64,000 bases of DNA from Geosiphon pyriformis uo1. Lineage: Eukaryota > Fungi > Glomeromycota. The notes beneath the pieces are model-generated. The model saw only the letters and a program-made list of their open reading frames with translations. It was not told the origin of the DNA and did not search any database. Positions 48,026-61,200 of this stretch are shown piece after piece. Location: the NCBI GenBank assembly GCA_016748015.1, contig JAAOMT010000096.1:263155-327154 (forward strand). The letters run 5' to 3'. Position numbers and translations under genes: made by a program. Every line of letters begins with the position of its first letter. Positions within the stretch are counted from its first letter, which is position 1.

Positions 48026-51000
48026 CTAGGCATCAATATAAACAGAGACTGCATTCTCTATACCTGAAAAAAACAAACAAGATTTACAAAATCCAAAACT
48101 CATACCCACTGCCTCAGCTACACCCAGTAATTTAATCATGCTAGCTGAAAACATTAAAAGAAAACCTAATACTGGAACAAGAATAAAACTATCATGTAAA
48201 ATCAGACTGTTTTTTTCCATAAAAGCATAGTGCTTGGTATGAACCAACCAAATATCCTCCCAGAATACAAGACAGAATTTGCATACAAAATCCACAATAT
48301 AGTAACCTGCAATCTTAAAATCTTTGAAAACTAAAACAGACTCACAAAACTAATTATTAAAAACAAAACTCTTAGACAGTACTATACTAATCATAACATT
48401 GAAAACACAAGTGGACAACAACTATAAGACACAAAAAGAAGAAAAAAGTAAACCAGAACATACACCCCAAACAGACACATAAGTATTTAACAACCAAGCA
48501 TGACCAGCAGCTTCAAACAGACAAAAAAAGGCATGGTTAGATATCTTAATATCACTACAGAACAAGCAAACCACACTGGAGTAATACTTATTATATAATC
48601 ACTTACACACAGCAACAAGAAACTAATGATGAAAAGCTTTCATAAAATACATTTGAAAACCAGTAGTCTGTTTACTAGTAAAACCAGCTGCCAAATAAGA
48701 ATCAGAATGTCATACCAAAAATGATCTTAACTAATCAATCTTCACATACATACTATCTGCCACTATTTAAGAACCAGAACCAGTTTTCCAATATGCACGA
48801 TTAACAGACTGAAAAATTCTTCGAGCAAAATATTTAGATTTACTAGAAACAACAATATTATCAGTCCTAAGATAACTTTTACTAATCAAATAAAATAGGT
48901 GCTAATTGGAGACAGCAGCTGCTTTGGCCAACATATTAGCATGCTTATTGCCAGAAATGCCAGAGTAACTCCTAATCTTATGCCATCTAACATCTAAATT
49001 TTTGTGATGAATAGTGCTCACAATGTGGCAACATTCAATTCAACACCAATTTTTAAAATTCAGGTGAATAGACTTCAAATCCGACCTACACGCATCCAAA
49101 GCAGCCTGGCTGTCCATAAACAAGTCCACAGAATGAAAAAAGGGAACACACTCAAAAGCCAAAACAATAGCTTGCAGTTCTGTCATAGTAGAAAACAACA
49201 AACCAGAAACCTGCACACTCAAATCCAAATTAACATCCTTAAAAAAAACAGCTGCACCAGCCTTTATACCAAGAGTTTTTAAGCCACACAAAGATCTATT
49301 TGTATAAACTAAAAGATAATCCACATTAGCATACAGCAGATTGTCTTTGACAATATTAAACTCATGAGACTGTAAAATATTTAAAGAACTATTACCATCT
49401 GAAAGAGAAGAATTAATAGAGGAAACAGTAACACAACCAAGAAATTGAACAAAAAGTTCAAACCAAATGAAAACAGGGCTATGGGGGTCTAACTGTTTTC
49501 AATGCTTAAAAGTCTTTCATTCAAAAACAGCACCACTTTGGTCACATAGCTGGTCCACAAAAGCAATACCATAATGTCGAAGTGAAGAGACACACTTAAT
49601 ATAAGTCAACTCACCAAGGACAAAAGACATAAGAATCTCATCCTGAAGACAGAAAGCACTGGCCAGAGAGTTGTCTAAAGACAAATCATATCCAGAAAAT
49701 ATGTGCACTATATCTGTCAGAAAGTTATTTAAAAGGTTGACACTAACACAAGCCAGGAACTGTAAAAAATGAAGTAAACACCAGCTGAGAACCTGAAGAT
49801 CATGTGACTTATGAAAAAATAACTTGCCTAAAATACCAACCAAATTTGCAAAGGAAATAACTGAGCCAATTTGTTTTTAGCTTGAACTTGTTTAAATGTC
49901 TTCAAACTATACAAAGAAGAATAATGGATCACATAATTGGAAAAATCAAGTGGAAAACCAGATTTAGACTTTAAGCTTCTGCAAATAAGAGCATCCCATT
50001 TATTACACACATCAATAAAAATAAAACTGAATTGAGTTCTGCAACTTATGATTAGATGAAGAACAGCAGACACCAAGTACACAAACTGTTTATCTGAGAT
50101 CCCCTTCCTTAAAACAAAATTGACAAAAAATCAAACATCCAAATAAGCCTTAGCCATACTAGATTTTAACAAACTCTTAAAAGACAAAAAGATACCCAAG
50201 TAGTAATGCAACTCTCCTTTTTTGGCAACAAAAATAGGCAAGTCACTAATAGCTAGATAAAAATTCTTGATCTGACAGTTAATAGAAATGGCCACAGTTT
50301 TGTCATTATTGATGAAAATGTCATTAAACTGAAAAAATTCACTTACAACATTGAAAATATGTTGTGTAACAGCTTGGGTACTACCAATCTAAATTGTATT
50401 ATTGACGAAAGCACCAGCAGCAAAAAACAAAGTCAACTCAGCCTGAGATTCTGCTCTGCCAGTTTTGGAAATAAAATAAGAATTTAATCTATAACCACAC
50501 ATACTATTTTGCCTTTTAACTTCACACAAAAGTAGATCATAGAATATGTGTCATAAAAAAGACAAAAAAACCTCTCCTTGATCCAATCCATCATGAACAT
50601 GGTACCTGCCAGTTAGACCAAAATTTGTTATCACTTTGTTAATACAACTATTGTGAAGACCTCCAAAAAATCTAATAAATTTGTAACATATCTTGATCTG
50701 TGTTAAATTTTTCCTGAGATGTTTACAACCAACAAAGTTATAAGTCTTATATATGTCTTGCAAAACCAGCCAAAGTTCTTAATTCTTCTCTAAAGCATTT
50801 TCAATAACAGAACAAACAGCAAAAATGAGAGATTGTGTTATTGTATCTCTCAAAACAAAAAAGTTATTCTCATAAAAAATGTCAAAAGTGCTACAAACCA
50901 GAGAAATTCTGTTAGAAAAAATCTTGCAGGTTGTTTCAATCAGAGCAATAGGATAGGTATTTGTAAGAACACCCTTCTATTCATAAGGTTTAAGAATTAT

Positions 51001-52701
51001 TGAAATCCAAGCTTCTTTTTAAGATCTAAAAGCTGATTCACAAGTCAAACAAAAGTTCAAAAGCACCAACAGCATATCCAACATTAATTTGTCACAATAC
51101 TTTCACAATTCATTTGGGATGCCAAAAAGACCAGCAGCCTTCCTATTTGGCAGATCTAAGACCACAGCAGACATTTCATCAAATTCAATTAGACACATTA
51201 CATCAGAAAAAGCACCATTAAAAATGTACTCCAAAGGCTGATATTGGTAAGATTAATCATTAGAAATATCAGATACCACTTTATGTTTTCTAATCCAATC
51301 TTCTATGATCAAATTCATCTTAGATTTGACTAAATCTGGCTCCAGTACCAACTCATTATCCACAACCAAATAATTTAGCACCACTTTATAAAAGAGACAC
51401 TTCAAAACATTCCTGATAGTATAATCTTTATCCAATTCAAAATTTTCTATTTTTTTATTAATGGCTGTCTTGATGCAGAACTTTTTTGTACACCTGGACT
51501 TCATCAATTTTGAAGAGTGATAGAACTTTCTTGTCTTAACCAGAGCTGAGTAAATTGTGTTAAAATTAGACCCTGAAAGAAACAAAAATTTTACTGTCAA
51601 TGCACCAGCTGCATTAAGTCCATCCCATACATCCAACAGTGCTACAAAACTTCCACTAGAAACCAAATAGGAAGCTTTAACCAACCTAAACACCAACAAT
51701 TCCAGCTTATGAAACTTAGAAGATCTCTTGGTGAAAATCTCATTATAATCTTTAAACCATTTCTTTTTGAAAATTTCATTAGCTGAAAGAGTTATTGTTT
51801 TGCAAATGATATTTTACATTGCACCCAGATCTGAAAACTTCACAAAGACTGTAAACTCACTGGAAAACATTGTTGCATTGACTGCTGTGGCATCTCTGAA
51901 ATTATTTCATCTTGTATCATTAGCACTCTTAAAATCAAATTTCTAATAGTCTTTATTAGCTTGCTTGTGAATAGAGTTCAACTGTATATCCAAAAGCCCA
52001 CTTAAATCCACAAACACAAAAATTGCTTAGTGATTAGTGTTAAAGTGTTCACTAACATCCACAACATTGCAATTCACTACTGTATTAATCAAATTTAAAG
52101 AAATGAATACATAATCAATTGTTTTTTCTGAACTCTTTGAATTATTTTAAGTTGGAATTTTTGCACACAGACTCCCTAACAAAGAATTGACCAGCTCTAA
52201 ATTGAGACACTTCTTGAAACTTGCACATTTGTAGGAACTATTCTTATTAAAATTCTCATCCAATATAACAAAAAATGATTCATTTATGGCCTTAGCTATC
52301 AGAGAATTAATATTACCAGTCTGAAAATAACAAACAGCCAAAGAGGCACCAGCATAAAGCCCCAGAATTGAAACAGAAAGTTTATTCTTGAAAAGCAACT
52401 TGACAAAGAGAAGCTGGCCAGACACTTCAGAAACCTTGCATACATGACAAGCCAGAGAAGCATTTATAATGATTGCCATCCCAGCACCAAAAAACTCCTT
52501 GTCCAATTCAGATGAAAAAACTCTAATCTTACTGAACCTATTCTTGATCCATGGCCTACAACTAGATTTTAATTTTGTTTCTGTAACAATCAAAACCAAA
52601 CTCCCAGAATCCTTGTGCCAATAGATAGTGTTTTTCTACTTGAAAAGAACATTAATACCACAAACATTACATGTAGTAATCCTTTATACAAAATCACTTA
52701 T
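48026..52701 (-). pseudogene. LINE-B ORF2 (APE-RT-RNase H-CCHC), disrupted
   Basis: TETKLK, GLYAGAS, DENFN (from GGDFN), GLDQGEVF, FVNN (from FVDD), YTNRS/ELQAI/DSQAAL. Confidence 0.88.
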
Positions 52702-54648
52702 TAAGGAATAAAAGAAGCCAATGAACACAAAACAGAACACAAACAATCTAACCTCTCTAAAACCAATTCAACCGACACTTCCAAAGCCACTATCTTAGAT
52801 TTCAATTCACCCATCTTAGTGGTCAAAATTTTAGAGCTGCTCAAGCTAAGATTAGTAACTATGTCCACAATGACCAAAAGGAAAGAGGCAAAAGATGTCA
52901 ATGTATTATCAAGAATCATATCTGAATTTAAATTAGAGACCAAACATGTTTGAGTGACTGGAGAAGATAAATAAGATGCATTTGTCTGGGGCATCAACTC
53001 AAAAAAATTCAGCTTTTTCATGACAATAGAAATCTGATCTGACAAAAGCTTCAGAAAATGTTCTAAAGAAGCCAAATAATTAACCAAACAAGAATCATCA
53101 AGAGAATTAGGGACCATTAAAATGGGTTTTGCACTCAACAACACACTAGTACCAAAAGAGTCTGATAAGATAGCATAAGCAGAAGAATCACTAGCAATCT
53201 GGGCCCAAGTCTTGCCACCAAAAGAAACTGGATGAGCAATAGGCATCTGCATCTTTTTATAAATATTGACCAAGTAAACATGATTCTGAGAAATTACCAC
53301 CCACTTATCATGACCACCAGAATTTTTACCAGTCAAACACATATCAGAAATATGACCAAATTGTTCACATTTGGTGTAACAAGCCAGAGAAAGACCAGCT
53401 CAACACAAATTCACATCCTTAAACACTAAAGTAGAACCAATAACAGCCAATCTAAATGTTTTATTAGTAAAACACACTATCACACATCTATTATGCACAT
53501 ATAAATTGGGATTACAGCTGATGAAACAAGTTTTCCCACCATATAATTCTAACAAACCAAACAAATCATAAGCTGTGATTCCAACTGGAAGAGTATACAA
53601 TAGAGTCTAATAATGGTTTCTTGTTACTCATAATTCTTTATTATTAACAGCCAAAGCCACACATACTGAATTTTTTCTTATGAAAACTGATCATTTAAAC
53701 ACAACCAAACTAGCCACATTTGATGATTCATATTCTACTAAGACCTTTTGCCAAAGACCAATCAGTTGTATTTTGATTGAAACAATCCTGCCAAATTTAG
53801 AAAAAACAGATTTCACAGCTGATTTGAAAAGATCCATTGGGATTTCCTTCACAACAATTTCCTAATTTGAGTATTTGTTTATCTGCCTAACATTATTATC
53901 GACTAAGATTTTTTTACTGATGGCTATTTCTTTAGCCTTTTTCAAACTAATTTCGAAGGTAAAAGTAGATCTAATAATGCCAGGAAATTTTGAAGGAGTA
54001 AAAGCTTTCCCAAAACCATCTACTTGATAAAAAAATTTTTTCACAGTAATTAATTTATCACCAATAGTTTTGTCAGGCACAGCTTTCAACTCAATATCTA
54101 AAGCAAACAATTTAACTGGATTAAATTTTTAAACAGAGAGGGCACATGACTTGGCTATTGACAACTGCTTAGAATCAGCAAACTTAGAAAAAAAAAGACT
54201 CAACACATTATTATCACTATCTGTAATTTCAAATGATGGAGCTTTCGATGGGTTGCCCAGCATGTAAGTACAAGTGCAAGTTTTTTTTAGCATGGTCTCA
54301 TCTATTTCTTTGTCATTACCTAATTTAATATAGCTGGTTTCCTCAGCAATTGTGTTCACCATATTTTTGACATCTAAGAGACTGCATACACTGTTAGCAA
54401 TACTGCTGATATTGCTTTCCCAAAAACATTACAGACTTAATGCCAAACATGTCAACATCTACTATATTCAGTGAGCCAACAGACAAATCGACTAAGGCAC
54501 CACCCATTTCTGGTTTTTTTGGGTTTTTAAATGACGCACTGCGAGAGTAGATACTCTCTACTTGCTTCTTTTTGGTATTAGGGCAGGTCCCCAAACCAGC
54601 CAAGCCAGAGCCAGAATTACCAACAGATGTGTCTACTGGTTTTATCAT
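52698..54648 (-). pseudogene. LINE-B ORF1, disrupted
   Basis: MIKPVDTSVGNSGSG.., FALDIEL..VDGFGKAFTPSKFPGIIRSTFT, LYTLPVGITAYDL, knuckle remnant ..KCEQFGHISDMC, SFGGKTWAQIA. Confidence 0.82.
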
Positions 54649-57600
54649 AACAAATAAAGATATATACAAAAAAATAACTAGGGAAGAAATAGGGAAAAGA
54701 GAAAAGAAATAACAATAACTTCAATATATATTTCACTTTTATCATAGTCAGAAGATTAACAAGAGAAAAAAATTTTTTTAATTATGAGTAATTATATATA
54801 TTAATTATTAATATTATTAATTAACTATTTTATTTTTAAAAATAATTATTAATATAATTATTGATTTAATTTTTAATCTTTATTTAAAAGTATATAAAAA
54901 TTCATTTAAAGATTAATATAATAATATGATTTTTTATTTTTTTTCATTATTTTTATTCTTTTTTCTTTTTTTAATTTGTAAAATTATTAGTTTTTGTAAA
55001 ATATATTGAATAAATATTTATTAAAAAATAGAATTAATATTTAATATTAAATTTTAAAAATGTTAATATAAAACATATGTTATTTTTTGTTAATAATATG
55101 AATTATTTCTTTATTTTCAAATTTTTTTGTTATTTTTTGAAAAAAATAGTGATTAAAATATTTATAAAACTGATTTTATATATTAAATTTTTATTAATTT
55201 AATTTGTTTATTAAAATTAAATTATTTTTTTAATTATTTTATTATTATATAATACTGTTTTTTTTTAGCATATTATATTCAATTATAATATAAAAAAAGT
55301 GTTTTTTATAAGATTTTAAATTTTTAATTTATTATTATTATATTGGCAATTATTTTTTTTTAACACAAAAAACCTATTACAAAAAAAAATTTTATTAGAT
55401 AATATATTTAAACAAATATGACTATAATATTAATTATTACAAAAAAATAAACAATTAAAATATAAATACTTTATTCTAATTGGTTATTTAGTGAACAAAA
55501 CAGATTAGCAATAATCAATTAAATTAATTATTAATAAAATACTTTAAATTAAATATAACAATAAAATTTTAAATAAAGAACAATATTTATTAAAATATAA
55601 TATATATATTAATTTTTTAGCAAATATTTTAGAAAAACAAAGACAACTCAAAAAATATTAGCAAAATATTATTGGTTAATTTTAAAAAATAATATAATAA
55701 AATATATTAAAACTTATAATATTTATTAATAAAAAAATAAATCCAATTGAAAAAAAAAATATTTATTCAATTTTTGTTAATCAACTTTTTAACAAAATTG
55801 AAATTAATATTATTAGATTTTTAATAATAATTCTTAATAAAAACAAATATATTTTAACAAAAACAGATTATTTAATAAAATAAATCAAAACAAAAACAAC
55901 TTCAAATTAAATTACTAATTTTATTTATAAAAAAATTATAAATAAACATAAATATTTTCAAAAATTATTTTTAAATAAAAAAATGTTTTTCTTAATTTAT
56001 TGGTAAAAAAACTTTTAAAAAAATTTAAAATATATTACAAATTTTATTATTATTATTATTTATAGACTAATAAATTAGTAAAATATTTTAATTAAATACT
56101 TTGTAAAACTTTAATAAAAACTAGTAAAGAAACAAATCAATAAAACAAAGTTTTGTTTATAGTATTTTTTATTTATAAAACAGTAAATTATAATATAATA
56201 GGCTATAAATTCTTTTATTTACACTATAAGTATATAGCAATTTTACTTATTAAAACTATTAAAATAATATAATTAAACTTAATTATAAAAACATTTTGCA
56301 AAAAAAATATAAATTTTTTTGGTAAAAACACAAATAATAACTTATAAAAAAATAAAAATATTCCAAAAAAACTCAAAAAAAAGAAAATATATAAAATGTT
56401 TTTTATAAATATTAGTAACTTAATTCTTAAATATTAATTAGATTAAAACAATATTTTTGATAACAAATTTTCAAGTTAATAGAAAAAACTATTTATAATT
56501 AATAAAGTATTAAACAAAAGATTTTATATTTTATATTTTATAAAATTAAGATAAAACAATATTTAATAATTAATTAATTTATAGTATATAAATTAAAAAT
56601 TATTACAAAAATTTTGATTGGTTATTAATTGTAATATTTATGATATTTATTAATAAAATACCAAAAAAATTATAAAAAAGTTATTTTAATCTCAAAACAA
56701 ACATATTTTTAATCAAAATATTTAAAATATTTTTTTTAAAATTTATAAATATTAGATAAATAATTATTTAAATATTTTGCTTATTATTAGAAAACAAATA
56801 ACAATTAAAATTAAAATTAAAATATACTTTGTTATTAATTCACAAACTGTCACAAAAAAACAGAAAATTGTTAACAAAATAAAAAATTATATATTTAAAT
56901 ACATAATTGTTAAAATACTTTTTTTTTAATATACTTAAAAGAATAATAAAATTTTTTTGCTTATTAATAAAAATTAGTTATATAAAAAACAATTTAAATA
57001 TTATGAAAAACTTGGTAAAGTCATTAAAAATATAAAGCTTTTAAAAAAACAATTTCAAAAATTCAAATAAAAATTTTAAGTATTATATGTTTAGATATTT
57101 TAAGAGTTTTAACTATTATAAAAAAACCAAAATACATATACAAAAATTTGATTTCTTAAGTTCAAAATTAATATTGTCATAGTTTTTTTATATTTTATTA
57201 GTTAAAAATTTTAACAAATTAATTAGCTTTAAGATAAAAACTTTAAAATTTTACTTAAATAAATTTATTTTGTTAAAACTCAATTTTTTTAAAGTAAATA
57301 AAATTATAATTAAAACTTTTATTTTTTAATATTATTTATTTATTTAGTTATATTTATTAGTTATTAATATAATTAATTAATTATTTTAATTTTAGAAATA
57401 GTTTTTGAATAAATTATAATTAATAACTTAATTATTGATTTAATTATTAATTTAGTTATTAATTCGATTATTAATCTAATTAACCAAATTATTAATATAA
57501 TTACTAAATTAATTACTAATTTTTTTTAAGAGTATATAAGAGTTTTCAAAATATAAAAATTTATTCAAAACAAAAATCAATACAATAATTTTATTTTTTT

Positions 57601-60600
57601 ATCTTTTTTTAATAATTTTATTTTATTTTTTAATTTATATAATTATTAATTTTTATAAAGTATATTAAATAAACATTTATTAAAAAATACAAATAATATA
57701 TAATATTGAATTTTAAAAATACTAACATAAAATATAAAATTATATTAGTGTATTATTTTTTGTTATTTTTAGAAAGAATAACAACTAAGATATTTATAAG
57801 ACTATTTTACATATTAAATTTTTATTAATTTCATTTGCTAATTAAAGTTAAATTATTTTTTTAATTATTTTATTACTATATAATACTGTTTTTTTTTACT
57901 ATTTATTAATGTATTATATTTAATCATAAAAATATAAACTTTTTTAAAAAATAATTATTATTATTGTTATAATCTTAATATTTTTTTAATAATATTGTTA
58001 AAACCAAATTTTATTTAATTTCTTTTTGAATTATAATTTTATTAAAATACTTAAAATAACCAATTTTTAAGTAAAAATCTGTAAATATTATATTAAATAT
58101 ATATTAGATAAAATAGAAAATAAAAGAAAACTTTGCTTTTTTTATGATTTAAAAATTAATAAAAAAAATTATATTAATAAAAATAAAACTTAAAACAACA
58201 ATTTATTATTTTTTATAATAAAATTAATAATTCAACATTATATTAAATTAATTTTTACAATTTTTACAATTTATACAATTGTATTTTAAATAAAAATTAT
58301 TATTAATAGCTTTAATACTTAAAAAATTTTCTTAAAATTAAAACTTATTAAAAAAAGTTTGAATTTAATTGTTATTTTCTTAAAAAATTAATAATTAAAC
58401 TATTTTTTTCCAGATTAATCTTTTTTATTGCTATTTAAATAATTAGAAAACAAAAAACAATTCTATTTTTTTCAAGTTTAATTTAACTAATTTTTTAAAA
58501 TATCAAAAAAATACTTTTTTTGATATCTTTTAAAACAGTATTTTTGATTTAAAACTTATTTTTTATTTATAAAACATAAAATATTGTTATTATAATAAAA
58601 AAAATTGACCAATTACAAAAAAAATATAACTAATATATAATATCAAAAAATAATATAAAATAACATACAATAATTATTAATAATATAAAATAATTATATA
58701 AAATACTACAAAACAACATAAAATAATTTAAAATAGCTATTAATAATAACAAAATATTATAAAAAATAACAAAAAAAATAAGCTTTTAAAAATTACTTAT
58801 ATATAAATAGTTTTAATTTAAAAAAATATTTAAATTAAAATATACATTTAATCTTATTTTATTTTTTAATAATAATAAAAATATTTTTATAATAATTTAG
58901 AAATTATTATTGAAATTTAATTTTTGTTTTTATTTAAAGCCAAATATAAATTATATTATAGTTTTAAAATTATTATATAAAACAATAGCTTTTAAATATA
59001 AATATTAATAAAACATAATTTTTATTTATGTATTTATTTATTTTTAAAAATCAATAGTTAATTTAGAAAAACCAAAAAATATAAAAATAATTTAACTATT
59101 AAAATAAATAGTTTGATATTATAATAAAATAATTTAATATTATAATAAAAAACAGAAATATACTATAAAATTAATCTTATTAAAAATTTTTAACTTATCA
59201 AAAAAATAATATTAAACTTTAATAATCACAATTAAGTAATATAAAAAAAACTAAATAATATTATTAACAAATATTATTACTATATTAATATTATTATTAG
59301 TAGATTTTTACGTTTTTTAATACAAAAATTACAATACATACTGTAAAAATTACTATTAAAATCATGTAAAAAAAATTTTAACAAAATAAAAACACTAATA
59401 AAAATTAAAAATTAATACATATAACTAATAATAATAGGTTTTTATTATGTTTTAAAATTTTTATACACTTTTATTAATATTTTAAATTTGTAATTATTAT
59501 TTAAAAAAAATTATTAAGAAATATAATTATTTAATCTATTTTTAATTATGTTAATTATAATTATAAATAGATAATAATTATATAAATCTAATATAATTTA
59601 GCTATATATACAAACTTTTTATTAATTTAAAAAAGTATTAGTTTTATATTAAGCCAATTTTTTACTATAATTTTATTATAAGCAATTGGTTTTTTAAATA
59701 TGTTTTTTTATAATTATATTTTTTTTTAATTTTTTATATATTTATTATTAATTTTTTAAGTTTTTTATTACTTATATTTCTTAATAAATATATCTTTTAA
59801 TAAATATATATTATTAATATTTTATATAATGTTTTATTTATTAAACAAATTATTAATTTTATTATTTAATTTTATTTTTGTTATAATATTAATTAAATAA
59901 TTGTTAAAAAAATATTGTTTTATTATAGTATTTTAAAATTAATAAAACTAATTTAATAATGTTTTTTATTAATTCTTTAGATAATTTTTTTATATTTGCT
60001 TGCTAAATATAAGTTTTTAAATATTATATATTTTTAATAATAAATTAAAAATATTTTAGTTGTAACTTTGTTAATTTAGTTTTTAAAAACTTATAATAAA
60101 CTGATTTTTATTCAAAAATAAACAATAATAACAATATTTTTTTTGTTTTAAATATTTAATTTAACAGTTTTTTGTTTTTTCAAATATTAAATAATTTATA
60201 TATATATATTTATAATAATATTGTTTAAAAAAATTACTAAATTTGTAATTTTTACTGAATAATAATATACTTAATCTATAAAATACTTTAATATTTCTAT
60301 TTTTTATAAAAAAAATTTATAAATAAAACACAAAATTAAATTAATAAAATTTTTAAAAACTAATATTATATAAAAATATTAAAAATTATAAATATTTTTT
60401 CAAATAAGTTATTAATAATAATATTAACTTTTTTATTTTTTTCATATTTTTATTAATTTATTATATTTTTACCAATTATAATATTTAATCTTAATATAAT
60501 TATAAACAATAGTTTTTTTATTATAAATAATAACAATAATAATAATAATAACATATTTATTAAAATTAATTTTAATTAATATGTAGTAAATTTTCTTAAT

Positions 60601-61200
60601 ATTTTAAATTTTAGTTAATTTTTGCTGATTTTAAAAACAAAACAAGTTATATTTTTACATATAATCTTATTTAATTAGTTTATTAAGTTATTTAATAATA
60701 TTTAAAAAATAATTTCAAATTATTAAAAGTTTTTTTAAAAAGTAATTTTATTTTTATATATAATAAAACTATAAAATTAAATTAATTTATATTAAAATTT
60801 ATTTTTATTTTATCTAGTTTTATTAATTTAAAATTAATTATCAAAAATATTTTTAAAATTACAAAGTTTTTTGTAATATGTAAATTTATTATTGTTTTTA
60901 TTGTTACTGTCTTTTGTAAAAATATTTTAAATGTTTTTGGTAAAGTTTTTATTAATTATTAGTTAAAAACAACATAATATTATGTATTTTAAATTTTGTG
61001 TACTTTTAAATATTGTTTAGTATATTAATTAATTTTGGTTTAAAAAAAACAATATTAAAAAAATTTTTAATTATAAGATATTTTTATTTTATAAAATTTT
61101 TATTTAAGTTTGTAATTTGTTTTAAATATTTGAAAATTGTTTAATTAATTTAAAAACTTTATACCAAAATTATAACTTTTTTTGGTTTTTTAATTTATTG

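Larger units (their letters stand above)
47895..54782 (-). mobile_element. LINE-B: full-length non-LTR retrotransposon, heavily mutated, 13-bp TSD
   Basis: T-run at 47894-47904. TSD TATAAGTAATTAT (47882-47894) / TATGAGTAATTAT (54783-54795). ORF fragments homologous to LINE-A throughout. Confidence 0.9.
47835..57930 (+). mobile_element. A/T-eroded LTR retrotransposon; 5' LTR (~47835-47894 plus ~54796-55290) split by LINE-B, 3' LTR ~57302-57930
   Basis: Direct-repeat blocks 47840-47885 ~ 57308-57355, 54970-55090 ~ 57640-57765 and 55161-55265 ~ 57793-57898. Both share the 12-mer array and TATA-like site with the LTR at 2356. The ~2 kb internal region is unreadable. Confidence 0.65.

Noticed and set aside
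40085-54782. Classical CpA-specific Neurospora-type RIP
   Set aside because: Traced mutations include CpG and CpC contexts as well as CpA, so only 'RIP-like' is supportable without counts
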